A stretch of DNA of 64,000 nucleotides. Source: Camelus dromedarius. Its lineage: Eukaryota. Positions 1-36,661 of this stretch are shown here, one piece after another. The DNA is taken from contig NC_087444.1 of NCBI RefSeq assembly GCF_036321535.1, positions 36,456,001 through 36,520,000 on the forward strand. The letters run 5' to 3'. Position 1 is the stretch's first letter; each line of letters starts with the position of its first letter. The translations under genes and the position numbers were made by a program. The notes beneath the pieces are model-generated. The model searched no databases and was not told the origin of the DNA. It saw only the letters and a program-made list of their open reading frames with translations.

Positions 1-94
1 GTCTTAAATCTGTACAGGTAAGCTGGGCCAGAGTTAAGAAGGAGAGCTGAATATGGGGTGGAGTAGAACAAGGATGAACCCATAAGGACAAACT

Positions 95-340
95 GTGACA
101 AATGCATATCCATTTGGAAAAAAAAAAATATTGACCCCTAGCTCACACCATGCTGAATACAACATAGAAAATAAAATTAATTTGAAAATGTTTTTGATCC
201 AAATGCAAAAGACAAAAGTATAAAACTCTTAGAAGCTAGTGTAGGAAAATATATTTGTAACCTCAGCATAGGGACACTGGACATAAAAGCATTAATGACA
301 CAGGAGAAGACTGATAAATTGGATTGCATTAGAATTAATT
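95..340 (+). mobile_element. Old L1 fragment (ORF2 3' region)
   Basis: A-rich degenerate L1 motifs (TAAAACTCTTAGAAG, GACTGATAAATTGGATTGCATTA). Boundaries are approximate. Confidence 0.6.
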
Positions 341-344
341 TATG

Positions 345-590
345 TTTATCACTCACCATGTTGTACAACCACCCCTCTATCTAGTTCCAAAATATTTCAG
401 CCACCCTAAAAGAAACCCTATACCCATTAAGCAGTTACTCCCCATTTCCTTGTCCCCCCTAAACACCAATCTGTTTTCTGTCTCTATGGATTTACCTATT
501 CTGGATATTTCTTACAATGGAATCATATAATATGTGACCATTGTATCTGGCTTCTTATAGTTAGCTTAATGTTGTCATGATTCATTCATG
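345..590 (-). mobile_element. L1M 3' end fragment
   Basis: CATGTTGTACAACCACC...TCTGTCTCTATGGATTTACCTATTCTGGATATTTC...GGAATCATATAATATGTG, typical of antisense L1MA/MB 3' ends. Confidence 0.7.
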
Positions 591-806
591 TTATACTTTT
601 TCTCCATCTTTATTTTATTATTTTTCTGGGATTCCTATTGTGCAGACATTAGAACTTCTATTTCTATCCTCCATAATTTGGGGAATTATATTATCATAAG
701 GAATTTTGGGAGAATTTCTCAGTTTGGCCTTTCCAATTTACCAATTCATTCTGTTATAACTTTCTGCTATTATATCACCTATTGTGTTCTTTGTTTCAGA
801 TATTAT

Positions 807-1290
807 TGTGGTAATTTTAATACATGGTTCTGTATTTCTTTGATTCCTTTCCCTCCAGAGATGGGCTCTATATCTCCCCACCCCTTGAATCTGGGCTCTG
901 TAACTGATTTACCAGCAAAATATGGCAGAAGTGATGCTGCACTTGTTTCCAGGCCTAGTTCTAGAGAAACTGCCAGCTTCCACTTCCTGCTTCTTAGGAT
1001 ACTTACTCATGGACTGTAGCCACTATACTATGAGGAAGCCAAGCAGCCCAGCAAGAGGTTCACATGCAGAGGACTCAATGCCCTGGTCCACAGCCCTACT
1101 GAGCTCTTAACCTACAGCCCGTAGTAACAACTTGCTAGTCATGTTCAATGAGTCATCTTGAAAGAGAATCCTCTGACTTCAACTGAAGCTGTGTGGAGCT
1201 TTTGTTGACCTGCAAATTTGTGAGCAAATAAATGTTTTTGTTGATTGTTGTTTTGGGATAATTTGTTATGTAGCAATAGATCACTAGAAT
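807..1290 (+). mobile_element. MaLR (MLT1-type) solo LTR
   Basis: Starts TGTGGTA; contains CCCTTGAATCTGGG, AATATGGCAGAAGTGA and CAGCTTCCACTTCCTG; ends AATAAATG...TTGTTATGTAGCAATAGAT. Confidence 0.75.
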
Positions 1291-3069
1291 AATTGTATTT
1301 GTCTCTACCTTGTATTTCTGCTTGTTCTTGTTTGTATTTTCTCGTTTCATATTGCTAATATTCTACCTTGTCTTTTCTAATATGTTTGTTAAACGAATTT
1401 GAATTTTTGACCCATGCATTCTAATCATTTTCCTGATAGATGTTTTCTTTGGAAATGTCTGTGTTTCTTAAATGTCTGTTTCCTTTTGCCTGTTAAGTTA
1501 TTTTTGCCTGATGGTGCAGGCTACTTGATCAGTCAATAGCATCGGGAAGCTGTACCCCAGCCAGAGTCCCTCAGAGCCTCAGCTTGTCAGTTGGGCCATA
1601 GTCACCTATCTTCCTCACACAGCACCTGATACCACCCCTGAGGAGACAGGCCACATGTAGGGGCTGGGTGGGAACTACGGGGGACCTTTGCAGAGCTTCA
1701 GGGAAGACCAAACAGGGGGCACCTGTTCATTCTTTATTCAAAAAACGTGTTGGGGCTAGGGACTGAGACTACCAAGGTGATGAGACTGAAACGGTTCTAC
1801 CCATGCAAAATCCACAGTCTAGTGGGCATGAAAAACATTAAAAATCCCCACCAACACATTTCTCCCTGAAGTGGGTCCTCTGAAAGTGCCCCAGGGGAAC
1901 CCAACCCAGGGGAGAGTGAGGTGGGGTGGTGGGGAGGTGGGGTGTGTATCAGAGAAGTCTTCTGTGGGGGAGGTGGTACTCCAAGCTGAGACCTCCTCCA
2001 TACAGAGGAGTGGTGAGGGCAGATGGTAGAAAAGCACTCTGTCAGAGTGAACAGAAACTCCTTAAAGTTTGGGAAAGTGAAAGGGGCCAGAGAGGCTTAG
2101 GCTGGGGAGGAGGATGGGGAGAGATACAGCTAGAGAGGTTGGAGGGGCCAGTTGGGGCAGGGCCTTTTGGGCCAAGAGAAGAGCCTGAGATTTCTCTTCA
2201 GAAGAGATGGCTCTACCATGAGCAGGGAGTCCACTGGGAAGGCTGCTGCTGTGGGCAACTGAAGGTGGCGTTAAGGACAGGTCAAGTCAGCAGGCCCTGT
2301 CTGGGATGACTGTAGGGTAGTGGGCAGAATGGTGGTCAGTTCTGAGGTCCTCCTGCAGGGCCCAGTGACTCTGTTCCCTGAATCCACCTCAGAGCTGGAG
2401 GCTCAGAGTGTGAGGCAGGTTGGGAAGATACCACTAGTTCTGATATTCTAAAGCCCTCTGAGTCATAAAAGGGAGAAAAATGGAGACAGAGGTGGGCTCT
2501 GGGGTTTTCTGATAGAGAAACAGCTGAAAGGATAACCTTGAAAGATAAAGATGTTAAAGTAAAGCCAACTGGATAAGTTACCTGAAGCAGTGGAGTAGAA
2601 AGTGAAAGAAAAGTTAAAGGCAAAAAAATAAATTGCTTGGGTAAAGGAACCCTCAGGAGGTGAGACAGTAAAAGATAACATTAAGATGAAAGAACTAAGC
2701 TGAAGAATCCAATGCAGTGTCCAAAGAGGCAAATGGGGCCAGGCAAGAGGGATGGGTGTCCTTCCTACCGAGGAGGAAGCAGCCTCTAGTGAAAGGGCAG
2801 GAATCCCCCGCACTGGAGGGTACGGGGGATGGGACAGGACCTTTCCGGGGGTTCAGCTTCCAGAGACGCGGAGAAAAGGTATGAGACAGAGATAATGAAA
2901 ATGGGGAGGGATACCCAGGAATAGCGGGAGGCCCTGGGCAGGACTGAAATGACCTCTGCGGTCCTGACTACCTTTCCCGTCCTTAAATAACAGAATTGTC
3001 ACTGAGCGCTCACTAGGCACAGAGCGTAGAGCCAGCGCGCCCCATCTCACGGAGAAGCCCCAAGAGGTG

Positions 3070-3142
3070 GAAGTGCCATTTTCCCATTTTACAAGTACTG
3101 CAACTGAGGCTCAGAGAGGGCAGCTCACTACCCAAGGTCACA
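3070..3142 (-). mobile_element. MIR fragment just upstream of the SLC12A4 CpG island
   Basis: CCCATTTTACA...AACTGAGGCTCAGAGAGG...CCCAAGGTCACACAG, the MIR core in antisense. Confidence 0.7.
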
Positions 3143-3406
3143 CAGGAATTGGCCCTCCCCAGGGCATAGAGCGAGTAGTACTCCTGCCTCCGGGGGGAGG
3201 GCTTCACTCCGCCTGGGCCCCTCTTAGGGAGGAGCCCGCTGAGCCCCTCCTGCTCCCCGCCTCCGAGGGGCGGCCCGGGGGGCGGGCGGAGGAAGTGAGC
3301 ACAGCAGGGAGGAATGCGAACGGGCGGGGCGCGCGGGCCTGGGGCGGCGGGGACAGCCGAGCAGGCGGCAGGGGCGGCAGACGCGGCAGGGCCGAGAGCG
3401 CGCGTG

Positions 3407-24822
<21,416 letters not shown>

Positions 24823-25281
24823 GCCCAATACAGACTTGCGGCCTAGAGTGGAGAAGTCCAGGGTAACAAACAGCCCCCTTCCAGCATCCACCCACCAGCC
24901 CTGCTTTGCCCAGCCCTGCCCTGGGCCCAAATTTGCTAGGTCTCCTTGGAGACTGGGCCCAGGCCTGGCAATGGAGATGGACCCAAGGTCCTACAGGATC
25001 CTGAGCGGTTTGGGGACTTTCCTGTTCAGCACCCCAGGAGGCTGGCCCTGGCTGGAGAAGACTGGTGGGGGCTGACGTGGGGTTTGAAGGCAGCTGTGCC
25101 AGGAGCACTATTTATTGCATATTTATTGTTCGGATGTCACCAACAGAGAGGAGGGAAAGGGCAACAAGGGAGGGGTCTGGCCCAGCCTGCCTGCAGGAAG
25201 ATCTGGCTCAGGCTACTGTGGGCAGGGACCCCCGCCAAGCCGAGCTGAATGGAGCTAGCCAGCTGAAGCCTGACTTTTTTC

Positions 25282-25287
25282 AATAAA
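25282..25287 (+). terminator. Polyadenylation signal of SLC12A4
   Basis: AATAAA about 460 nt after the stop codon, followed by U/GU-rich sequence. Confidence 0.8.
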
Positions 25288-25387
25288 ACATTGTTTACTT
25301 CTGGGCCTCCTGCTGCCCCGGCTCTGTTTCCCCTGGCGCCAAGGGAAGAAGGCGGAACTGAACTCAGGCCCAGAGCTGGCTCCCTAA

Positions 25388-28715
<3,328 letters not shown>

Positions 28716-29149
28716 AGACTTCCTCTGCTGCTATAAGCCCTGACTTGTGTATTGTGGGGTGAGAGGGAGGCACTAGGTGCCACACACCAGGATTCACTCA
28801 TCAGGAGCTGCAGGCCTGGTGCTTTGTGGAGCACAGGACAAGGTGGGCTTTCCTAAAGCCTGGGATTGAACAGGGCACCTTGACAGTACAGCTTCTCACT
28901 CTCCTGGTTGAGTTGTTTAGATAGCCTGCCTTGTGCCTGCCTCTGCTAGGGGCATGGGGACTGGAGGAGCTGCACACACAGCTGTGGAATAGGGCTACAT
29001 GGAGCCAAGGGTGCAGGATGGGGAAGATCAGAGCTGTTCCTCCTAGCTCCCAAAAGGGCAGGCGAGACCCCACCTCTAGATAGGCCTTTTGAGTGCTAGG
29101 TGGGTGACAGAAGCACAAGAATTTAGAATCTGGGAGGGTGATAGCCACT

Positions 29150-29900
29150 AAACAAGTCATTTCACTACTGAAGGTTTAACTTTAATTGATGGAACTAAGT
29201 AGTCTGAGAACAGAGTTTGTGGAGCAACAGGGAGGTGGGTCTTGTGGGTCGGGGTAGGCTCCCCCAGAGGAGGCGGTGCCTATGCTGAGACCAGGAGAAT
29301 GAGTAACATGGGCCTCTGTAAAGACTGGTTTGAGCCTAAGAGCAGTGTACAGCTGCTGAAGGGTTTAACCAGGGAAAGTGTGACCAGATTTTCAATCTAG
29401 AAAAGCATCTCTGAAAGGTAGAGTGTAGCCTGGGGTGGGGGATGTGAGGCAAAAGTTGTGGGGAAGCCAGGGAGGCCAGGGCAATATCCAGGGGAGAGAG
29501 TATGCCAGCTGAGACAAGGGGTAATGAGAAAGATGTGGATTAAAAAAAAAGTTCACTTGGGAGGTGAAATAAGGCTTGGCCCTGGGTAGAGCTCAGCATG
29601 CCTACGGGCCACCAGATGGACAGCCACAGTTCCCCTCTTGACAGAGGGAAGACAGCACCTGAGACAAGGAAGATGGAAGGGTCAGCACCACTTTGGCTGA
29701 GGATTGAGCTTTGGTGTTTGAGGTTTCAGGGAGAAGGCAAAGGCAACAAAAGAGAGACAGGAGTCAGGAGGTGGGTGACAAAGGACAAAAGGCAGCCATG
29801 CCTGATGCTTTTTGAAGGCCAGTAACGATGAGAACAGAGACCTGGTCAGTGTGACAGCCTTAGGGCATTGAGACTTGAGGTTAGGACTGGTGTCAGGGTA
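29150..29900 (-). mobile_element. L2 fragments between LCAT and PSMB10
   Basis: Purine-rich degenerate antisense L2 (GAAGGGTTTAACCAGGG...GACCAGATTTT...TAGAAAAGCATCTCTG). Boundaries are approximate. Confidence 0.5.
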
Positions 29901-30030
29901 TGCAGAGCTCAGGGCTCAGTCTGGACAATGGCCAGAAGGGAGAGATTTGTCCCTCTGTTCAGACGGGGCTGGGAAGGGAGAGCCAGGCAAAGGACATCTT
30001 CTCCAGCCCAAGCTGCCGAGGACCAGAGGT

Positions 30031-30092
30031 GAAAGTGAAAGAGAAGGTGCAGAAAGGGGCCAGCATGCTTTGAGGAAAGGTGAAAGCGAAAG
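30031..30092 (+). promoter_or_regulatory. Two IRF-E/ISRE-like elements in the PSMB10 promoter
   Basis: GAAAGTGAAAG at 30031-30041 and GAAAGCGAAAG at 30082-30092, 120-180 nt upstream of the ATG. Consistent with the known IFN-gamma/IRF1 inducibility of PSMB10. Confidence 0.75.
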
Positions 30093-30210
30093 GGGAAGCA
30101 TCAGACGTAGAGCCCACAGAGGACAAGGCTGCCGCCTTCCCGGCTCGGTGCTGATTCCACTCGTCTGACCATCGACCCCCAGTCCCTTGGACTGCCCTGC
30201 CCACCTGGAG

Positions 30211-32616
30211 ATGCAGAAGAAGGCGCTAGAGCCCCGAGGGGGCTTCTCCTTCGATAACTGCCAGAGGTCAGTTAGGGGATGGTTGGTCCCGAATGCTGTA
30301 AGGGCGTCCAGGAATGGGAGTCCCAGAGCCTTTAAAATTACTGGGGCAAGTATGGGGGAGGGTACGTGTGTGGTAAGACTTGGATTCCCAGGCCTTCCCC
30401 AGATGAGGGAGACCAGGAAGGAGTCGAGGGATGTGACGGGGTCCCAGAAGAACTGAAACCTGGGCCACTCTCTTCCGTTTTCAGAAACGCATCCTTGGAA
30501 CGTGCCCTCCCGGGGCTCCGGGTCCCTCATGCACGCAAGACCGGGACCACCATCGCAGGCCTTATGTTCCAAGTAAGCAGGGAATTGGACTGTGGGGCTT
30601 AGTGGGGCGGCCGGCAATGGGAGGTGGGCACTGAGCCAACGGCTCCTCCTCTTCGCCCCTCTCCCCAGGACGGGGTCATACTGGGCGCGGATACGCGGGC
30701 CACTGACGATTCAGTCGTGGCGGACAAGAGCTGCGAAAAAATCCACTTCATCGCCCCCAAAATCTAGTGAGAATTCCCGGGCCTGGTTCCCCCACTCAAG
30801 AACCACCCCATCGTCCCCATCCCGAGTCCCCGCACATCCTAGCCCCGCCCATACTGACCCTCCCTTCACCCTCAGCTGCTGTGGGGCTGGAGTAGCCGCG
30901 GACGCCGAGATGACCACGCGGATGGCGGCGTCCAACATAGAGCTACACACGCTGTCCACGGGCAGGGAGCCCCGAGTGGCCACGGTCACGCGCATCCTGC
31001 GCCAGACGCTCTTCCGGTACTGGGGCGGGACTAAGATGACTCTGGGGAGGGGCAGTTGCGGGGAGGGCGGGGCTGAGGAGGTAAGCCAGGAAAAAGGGCC
31101 AGGCTGCGAGGGTCTGGGAGACCGGAAGAGGCGGGCCTAAGAGGAGCTAAGAGAGCAACAGGAAGAAGCGATGCTGGTCATGGGGCGCCAGACCACGGGA
31201 AGGGGCGGGGCTCGGTTCAGGGGTGGAATAGTGGAGAGGCGGGACCTGGATCCGTGTGCGTTCGGCTGACTGCGCCCACTCCGCGAAAAGGTACCGTGGC
31301 TACGTCGGGGCTTCGCTGATCGTGGGTGGCGTAGACTTCACAGGGCCGCAGCTCTACAGCGTGCACCCCCATGGCTCTTACAGCCGTCTGCCCTTCACGG
31401 CCCTGGGTAAGCACTTCCGCCCCTTCCCCACGAACCCCACCCATGTTTGTCCTGGCCTCACGTTTGTCCCGCGACGGGGCGGCCGAGGCTAACCTCAGAC
31501 ACCCCTCCTGCCTGCAGGCTCCGGCCAAGACGCAGCCCTAGCAGTGCTGGAGGACCGGTTCCAGCCGAACATGACGGTGAGCGACACCCGCCCCCCACTA
31601 TGCGTGCATTGGTGGGACGTACCCCCGGGAGCTGGGGAAACACAGAGGTACCCCGGCCTAGTCTGGAAGTCGGGAAGGGCTTCTGGGAGGTGACGACTAA
31701 GTGGAGACTGAGGGGCCAGTGGAGTGATGGTGGAGAAGTGCTAGTCCAGCAGACCACCGTCAGTGCCAAAGCTTGGACTGCCCCCGAGAAGTCGAAAGTC
31801 AGAGAGAACCATTTGGAGCTGAGGGAGGAGGTAACAGCAGGTGGGGGCTGGTGGGTTTTGTTTGTGGTGGATGGAAGCAGAAGACGTTGCTTCAAAGCTG
31901 TCTAAGGCCCAGAAAGAAAAAGGCAGTGAGCCGGGGACCGGGGGCTAAGACCACCTTGAGTGGGTGGACAGGCAAGAGCCATATCTGTGACTCAGAGTAG
32001 TTTGTGAAGACAGGGGGCAGTGGGAACACAGGGTCTCTGGAGAGAAGGAAACCTAAAACAAAGGAAGAGGAGCTTGGGGTGGAGACGGGGGTGTACAGGA
32101 AGAGAAGGGTTTGGGTGTGAGCAAATGGCAAATAGTCCAGGCTTAAAGATTAACAAAGTCTCAAGGTTGTAGCCTGAGGGTGATACCAGAAGGGTCCACC
32201 CAGCCTCATATACACACACATTACAGCTGGAGGCAGCACAGGTGCTGCTAGTGGAAGCCATCACTGCAGGGATCCTGGGTGACCTGGGCTCTGGGGGCAG
32301 TGTGGATGCATGTGTGATCACGGGGACTAGTGCCAAGCTGCTGAGAACACTGAGCTCTCCCACAAAGCCCATAGAAAGGTAGGAGCATGGAGATGGGGGA
32401 CCACAGGGGAGGATGGGGTGGTAGCAAGGGAGATAGGGGGCTGCAAAGAGAGGATGGGCCACGTGATGGGCCCATGTTGCGAGGTCATCCCTTCTCCTTC
32501 CCAGGTCCAGCCAGTACCGCTTTGTCCCTGGGACCACAGCCGTCCTGTCTGAAACAGTGATGCCACTGACCCTGGAGCTCTTGGAGGAAACGGTGCAGGC
32601 CATGGATGTGGAGTGA
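30211..32616 (+). CDS. PSMB10: Immunoproteasome subunit beta-2i (MECL-1), 8 exons, 273 aa
   Basis: Exons 30211-30266, 30485-30572, 30669-30766, 30876-31016, 31291-31406, 31518-31576, 32227-32378, 32505-32616; sum 822 nt. Propeptide cleavage site RKTG|TTIAG with catalytic Thr, CEKIH and GSG motifs present; ends VQAMDVE*. Confidence 0.97.
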
Positions 32617-32650
32617 TGCTGGCAGAGGCTTAGAGATTGGAACAAGGAAG

Positions 32651-32656
32651 AATAAA
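32651..32656 (+). terminator. Polyadenylation signal of PSMB10
   Basis: AATAAA 35 nt after the stop codon. Confidence 0.85.
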
Positions 32657-34537
32657 CCCAAAGAACGCAAACACCTAAACACATGGCTGTATCGTTCTTG
32701 GGTGGAGGGGGACAAGCAGCCAGCAGGACTCTGTGGCTAAGGTATCCCTCCAGGGACGACTCCCTCCCATGGCTTCAGTGCCTGACCTAAGAGGTGTCCT
32801 TCACCCGTCACCAAAGGCATCTATCTACCTTTCCAGAATCCCAGCCCTGGCAAGCACTGAAGACTCAAGGTGTAAAGCCCCCTCCTGACTCTCCACACCC
32901 ACTCCCATGCCCTCTAGTCCACTGGGAACTGTTATAAAACCCAAAAGGCCCTATGTACTGCCCCCACCAAAGCCTTTACCTGGCTCATCAATGGCCCAGG
33001 ATAAAGCTCACACCTCTCAGTCGGGCCCCGCTGCCCCCACGAATGGCTAAAATGCTAATGGAGGAGCTGCTTCCTGACTCCAAGGGCAAGTTCTCACAGG
33101 TACACTCCTCACCCCTGCAACGCCTTTATCTGTGAAACCCCTCCGATGACCAGGCACACCTGAGGTGCTAACACAACACTGGGCATCTGTTTACACACGC
33201 TGGGCTGTGAATAGGGGAATTGACTCCAAGTTTTCTGTGCTGACAGGGGTCACAAGGCTCATGTGGGGAGAGATGACACGACACATTTATCCAGTAGACT
33301 TTTGTTCAGCATCCACCGGGTGCCATCCCAGGTGCTCGGTGCTGACAGAAGCATCCTGTCCTGGCAGAGAATGGCTGAGCTCCACTGGAGCTTTGGACCT
33401 GTTAAAGTCTTCCCAACCTCTGGGGAGGGTCTATTCCAGACTGGACATCTCTGGGACCCTGACTGTGCTTTTTTCTCCAGTATTTTATTACGAAGATTTT
33501 TAAACATAAAGGTTGAAAGAATTGTACATTGATCACCTTTATATCCACCACAGACTTTACAATTAGTATGCTGTTATATTTGTTTTATCACTGATTTATC
33601 CATCCATTCCTCTAATCGACAATTAACTAATTTTTTTGGGCTGATAACGTTCTTGAATCATTCAAAGCCCTCATACCCCTTGAAGGAGGCCAGCCAACTT
33701 ACCTATTGCAGCTTTGTAGACAGGAGCGTCTTCTCTCCCTCAGTTCAGGCTCAGCCTGGAACTCTACAGTGAATGGGCTGTAGATAGCAGGGGCTTGTCC
33801 ATGGGAACCCCAAGGCCTGGAAGCTGTCAAAGATTTGATGGCTGTCACCCTTCCACCTGTGACCCCCATCCAGTGTTGAGCATCACACCTTGCCCTCCTG
33901 TACACCAGGCCCCTTCCAGGTATCATCTCATCACGAAGAGTGTGGGCTTCGGAGCAAGGCAGATAAAGGTTTGGGTCCAAATGAACATTGTAGTGGGAGA
34001 GTCACCATCTCTAAGCAAACTGTGACTCCTGTTCCAAACTGATGAGGAATCACTGAAATGATATATTAGGATATGCAACCTGCCAGAACCCCCGACCTGG
34101 CCACATGGCCCTGGCCCTCAACAGTGGAGCGGGTAACAGCTGGAGTTTCCTTCCACCAGTCAGAACACCCCTGGGTGCTCAGCAGGCTTCTCTGAGTCTG
34201 GTGTCCCTGATAGCCTGGGAGACTTTCCTGATCCCAGCCACCAGGTAGTCACTGTAAGTCTAACCTTAATTCCTTGGTAACTGGTGCTCAGTACTTAGGA
34301 TGTGAGGTGGTTCTAGGAGCCAATAATAGGCCAGGCTTTAGGGGAGTGAAGGAGATGGGAACCTCACACCTGGACTCCAGTAAGTCAGGGCCTGGGTCAA
34401 GGACCTCGGCCTAAAGAGACCCTCCTCCTGACTAGAGCATGGGAGGGGGCTGAACCTACACAGCTGGCTTGGCCTTAGGCCCAAGGACAAGGAATGCCAT
34501 AAAGCCAGGCCCAGTTCTCAGCCTCATGCCTATCACA

Positions 34538-36367
34538 ATGTTGCTGCTCAGACTGACCCTTGGCCCCTCAGCTGGCTCGAAGGAAAGCAGGTAGACAGAA
34601 TGGGCAAAGGAAAAAGGATGTGCCAGGGCTGGGAGGAGGCAAGAGGTAGGCAATCCTACAAATGGGACAGGAGCTTGGGCCAGGCCCAGGGGGAGGGTTT
34701 AGGAGGCTGAGAAGCAATGGTTGGACCTGTAGTTTAGGAAGAGCCCTTAACCTGCATGCAGGGTATGGATCATTGAAATCTGGAGTGGGTGGAGAGGCTA
34801 GGGAGGAGACTATCCCAGGGATCAGGGAGAAAGATGGCCTGGGCTGGGGGGTCGGGGTGGAGTTGAGAAATGGTAGGGAGTAGGTTGGAGAGATGTGGGA
34901 GAATGGACAGAACCTGGAGGCTAGGGATGCAGGCAGCTGAGATAGCTACAGGCCCAGAGGTGCTAAGGGTGAGAAGGGGTAATGAGTCTTCTCGATTTGG
35001 ACCCCTCTGGGGGGCTTACCCTGGGGACACCCAGGAGGAGGTGAGAGGTAGGTTGGGATGTGGGAAACAAGTCCTCACCAGCCCAATGGCAGGCTGCGGT
35101 GTTCCTGACATCAAACCGGTGCTGAGCTTCAGCTAGAGTGCTGTCAATGGGGAGAAGGTAGTGCTGGGCTCCTGGCCCTGCCAGGTATCCCTGCAGGTAC
35201 ATGCACCCTGGGGGTGGGGCAAGATCCCAGGTGCTTCATGCCTAGGCATAGCCTGAGTGCACCGTATGTCTGACCCCTGAACCCAGGACAGCAAAGGCTT
35301 TCACTTCTGTGGTGGTTCCCTCATCAGCCAGGCCTGGATGGTCATTGCTGCCTACTGCAATGTTGTATGAGTGCTTCCCCTCTACCTGCCCCACCCCAGT
35401 CCCCACCTCCTCAACTCCTTTGTCCTGGATGCCCCTCTCTTGTCACTCTGCCCTCCCTGCGGCTGCCCAATCCCACTCTTACTGCAGCCACTTTGTCATC
35501 CTGGGCGAGTAAGACCCATCATCCAGTGCTGAGACTTTGCAGGTTCTGTCCATCTCTCGGGTGAGTCCCTGGGCTGCAGATAGGGAAGGAAGAGTGGGTG
35601 GTGCAGGTGTGTGGGCTCTGGGGATGAGGAATTCAGGACATGCCTAGCCTAGCCTCCTCAGCACCCATTACCTGGGGGCCTGTGCCCACTCCCATCCTAC
35701 ATGGCCCCTTCCTGGCTCCACAGGCCATCACGCACCCCTCCTGGAACCCCACCACCATCAATAATGATCTTACACTACTGAAGCTCGCCTCCCCAGCCCA
35801 GTATACAACATATATCTCACCAGTTTGCCTGGCTTCCTCAAATGAGGTGCTGCCTGAAGGCCTCATGTTGTCACCACTGGCTGGGGCCGCCTCAGTGGCA
35901 TGAGTAGGAACTTGGATCAAAAATCTGGATGGGAGTGTAGGGTGGGGACAAGTCATCTGGGGGCTAACCACCCCCTCTTGGCCCATAGGCAATGTGACTC
36001 CGGCATGCCTGCAGCAGGTGGTTCTGCCCCTGGTCACCGTCAGTCAATGCCAGCAGTACTGGGGCTCACATATCACCAACTCCATGATCTGTGCAAGTGC
36101 TTCAAGGGCCTTCTTGTGCCAGGTGAGCACCAGCACCCCATCCTGTACTCTGCACCTCGTGGCACCCTGCACCCCCCACGCTGACTTCGCCCTTCTTCCC
36201 CTCAGGAATGACTCCAGAGGTCCTCTTATCAGCCAGAATGGGAATGGGTGGGTGCTTACTAGTATTGTTTCCCGGGGCACCAGTGACTGCAATGTGTGTG
36301 CACCTGCCACGTACACTCGGGTTAGCAAGTTCAGCACCTGGGTCAATCAGGCATAGCTTACAACTGA
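34538..36367 (+). pseudogene. CTRL: Chymotrypsin-like protease CTRL, unprocessed unitary pseudogene
   Basis: Exon relics at 34538-~34565, 35093-35196, 35287-35366, 35488-35560, 35724-35903, 35989-36122 and 36206-36367 (GCGVPDIKPVLSFS, GFHFCGGSLIS, NNDLTLLKLASPAQYT, YTRVSKFSTWVNQ), in the syntenic position between PSMB10 and PSKH1. In-frame stops TAG 35134-35136 and TAA 35510-35512, catalytic His to Tyr, a lost splice donor and frameshifts. Confidence 0.93.
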
Positions 36368-36655
36368 GCCCACCAGAGGCCCTCTCCCCATCTCAGTCCA
36401 GTAAAGACCCCAGGCTATGTCCTCTCGTATATTCCTGTCTGTCTTCCTGGCTCAGGGAAAAGGAGAGGCTCTTGGGGGTCCCACTCCACACACTGACTTT
36501 GTCTTCTGGCATGGCAGGTGTTGAGGAGTCAGGATCCTCCCAGACTAGCCACGACCAGGTTGGGCTCCCCCACCTCCTTGGCAACCCCTTGGTCCACAGC
36601 AAGGAGACTGGGCTGTCAGAACGAATGGGCAGCCTTCCCTGGGGAAGGCAGCCTG

Positions 36656-36661
36656 TTTATT
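36656..36661 (-). terminator. Polyadenylation signal of PSKH1
   Basis: AATAAA on the minus strand (TTTATT on plus), about 1.95 kb downstream of the PSKH1 stop and preceded by an AU-rich 3' UTR end. Confidence 0.75.

Noticed and set aside
29916-30617. 233-aa minus-strand ORF over the PSMB10 promoter and exons 1-2
   Set aside because: GC-rich shadow ORF with no recognisable domain; explained by low stop-codon frequency.
31992-32684. 230-aa minus-strand ORF (GTG/alternative start) opposite PSMB10 exons 7-8
   Set aside because: Antisense shadow of coding exons, with no homology recognised.
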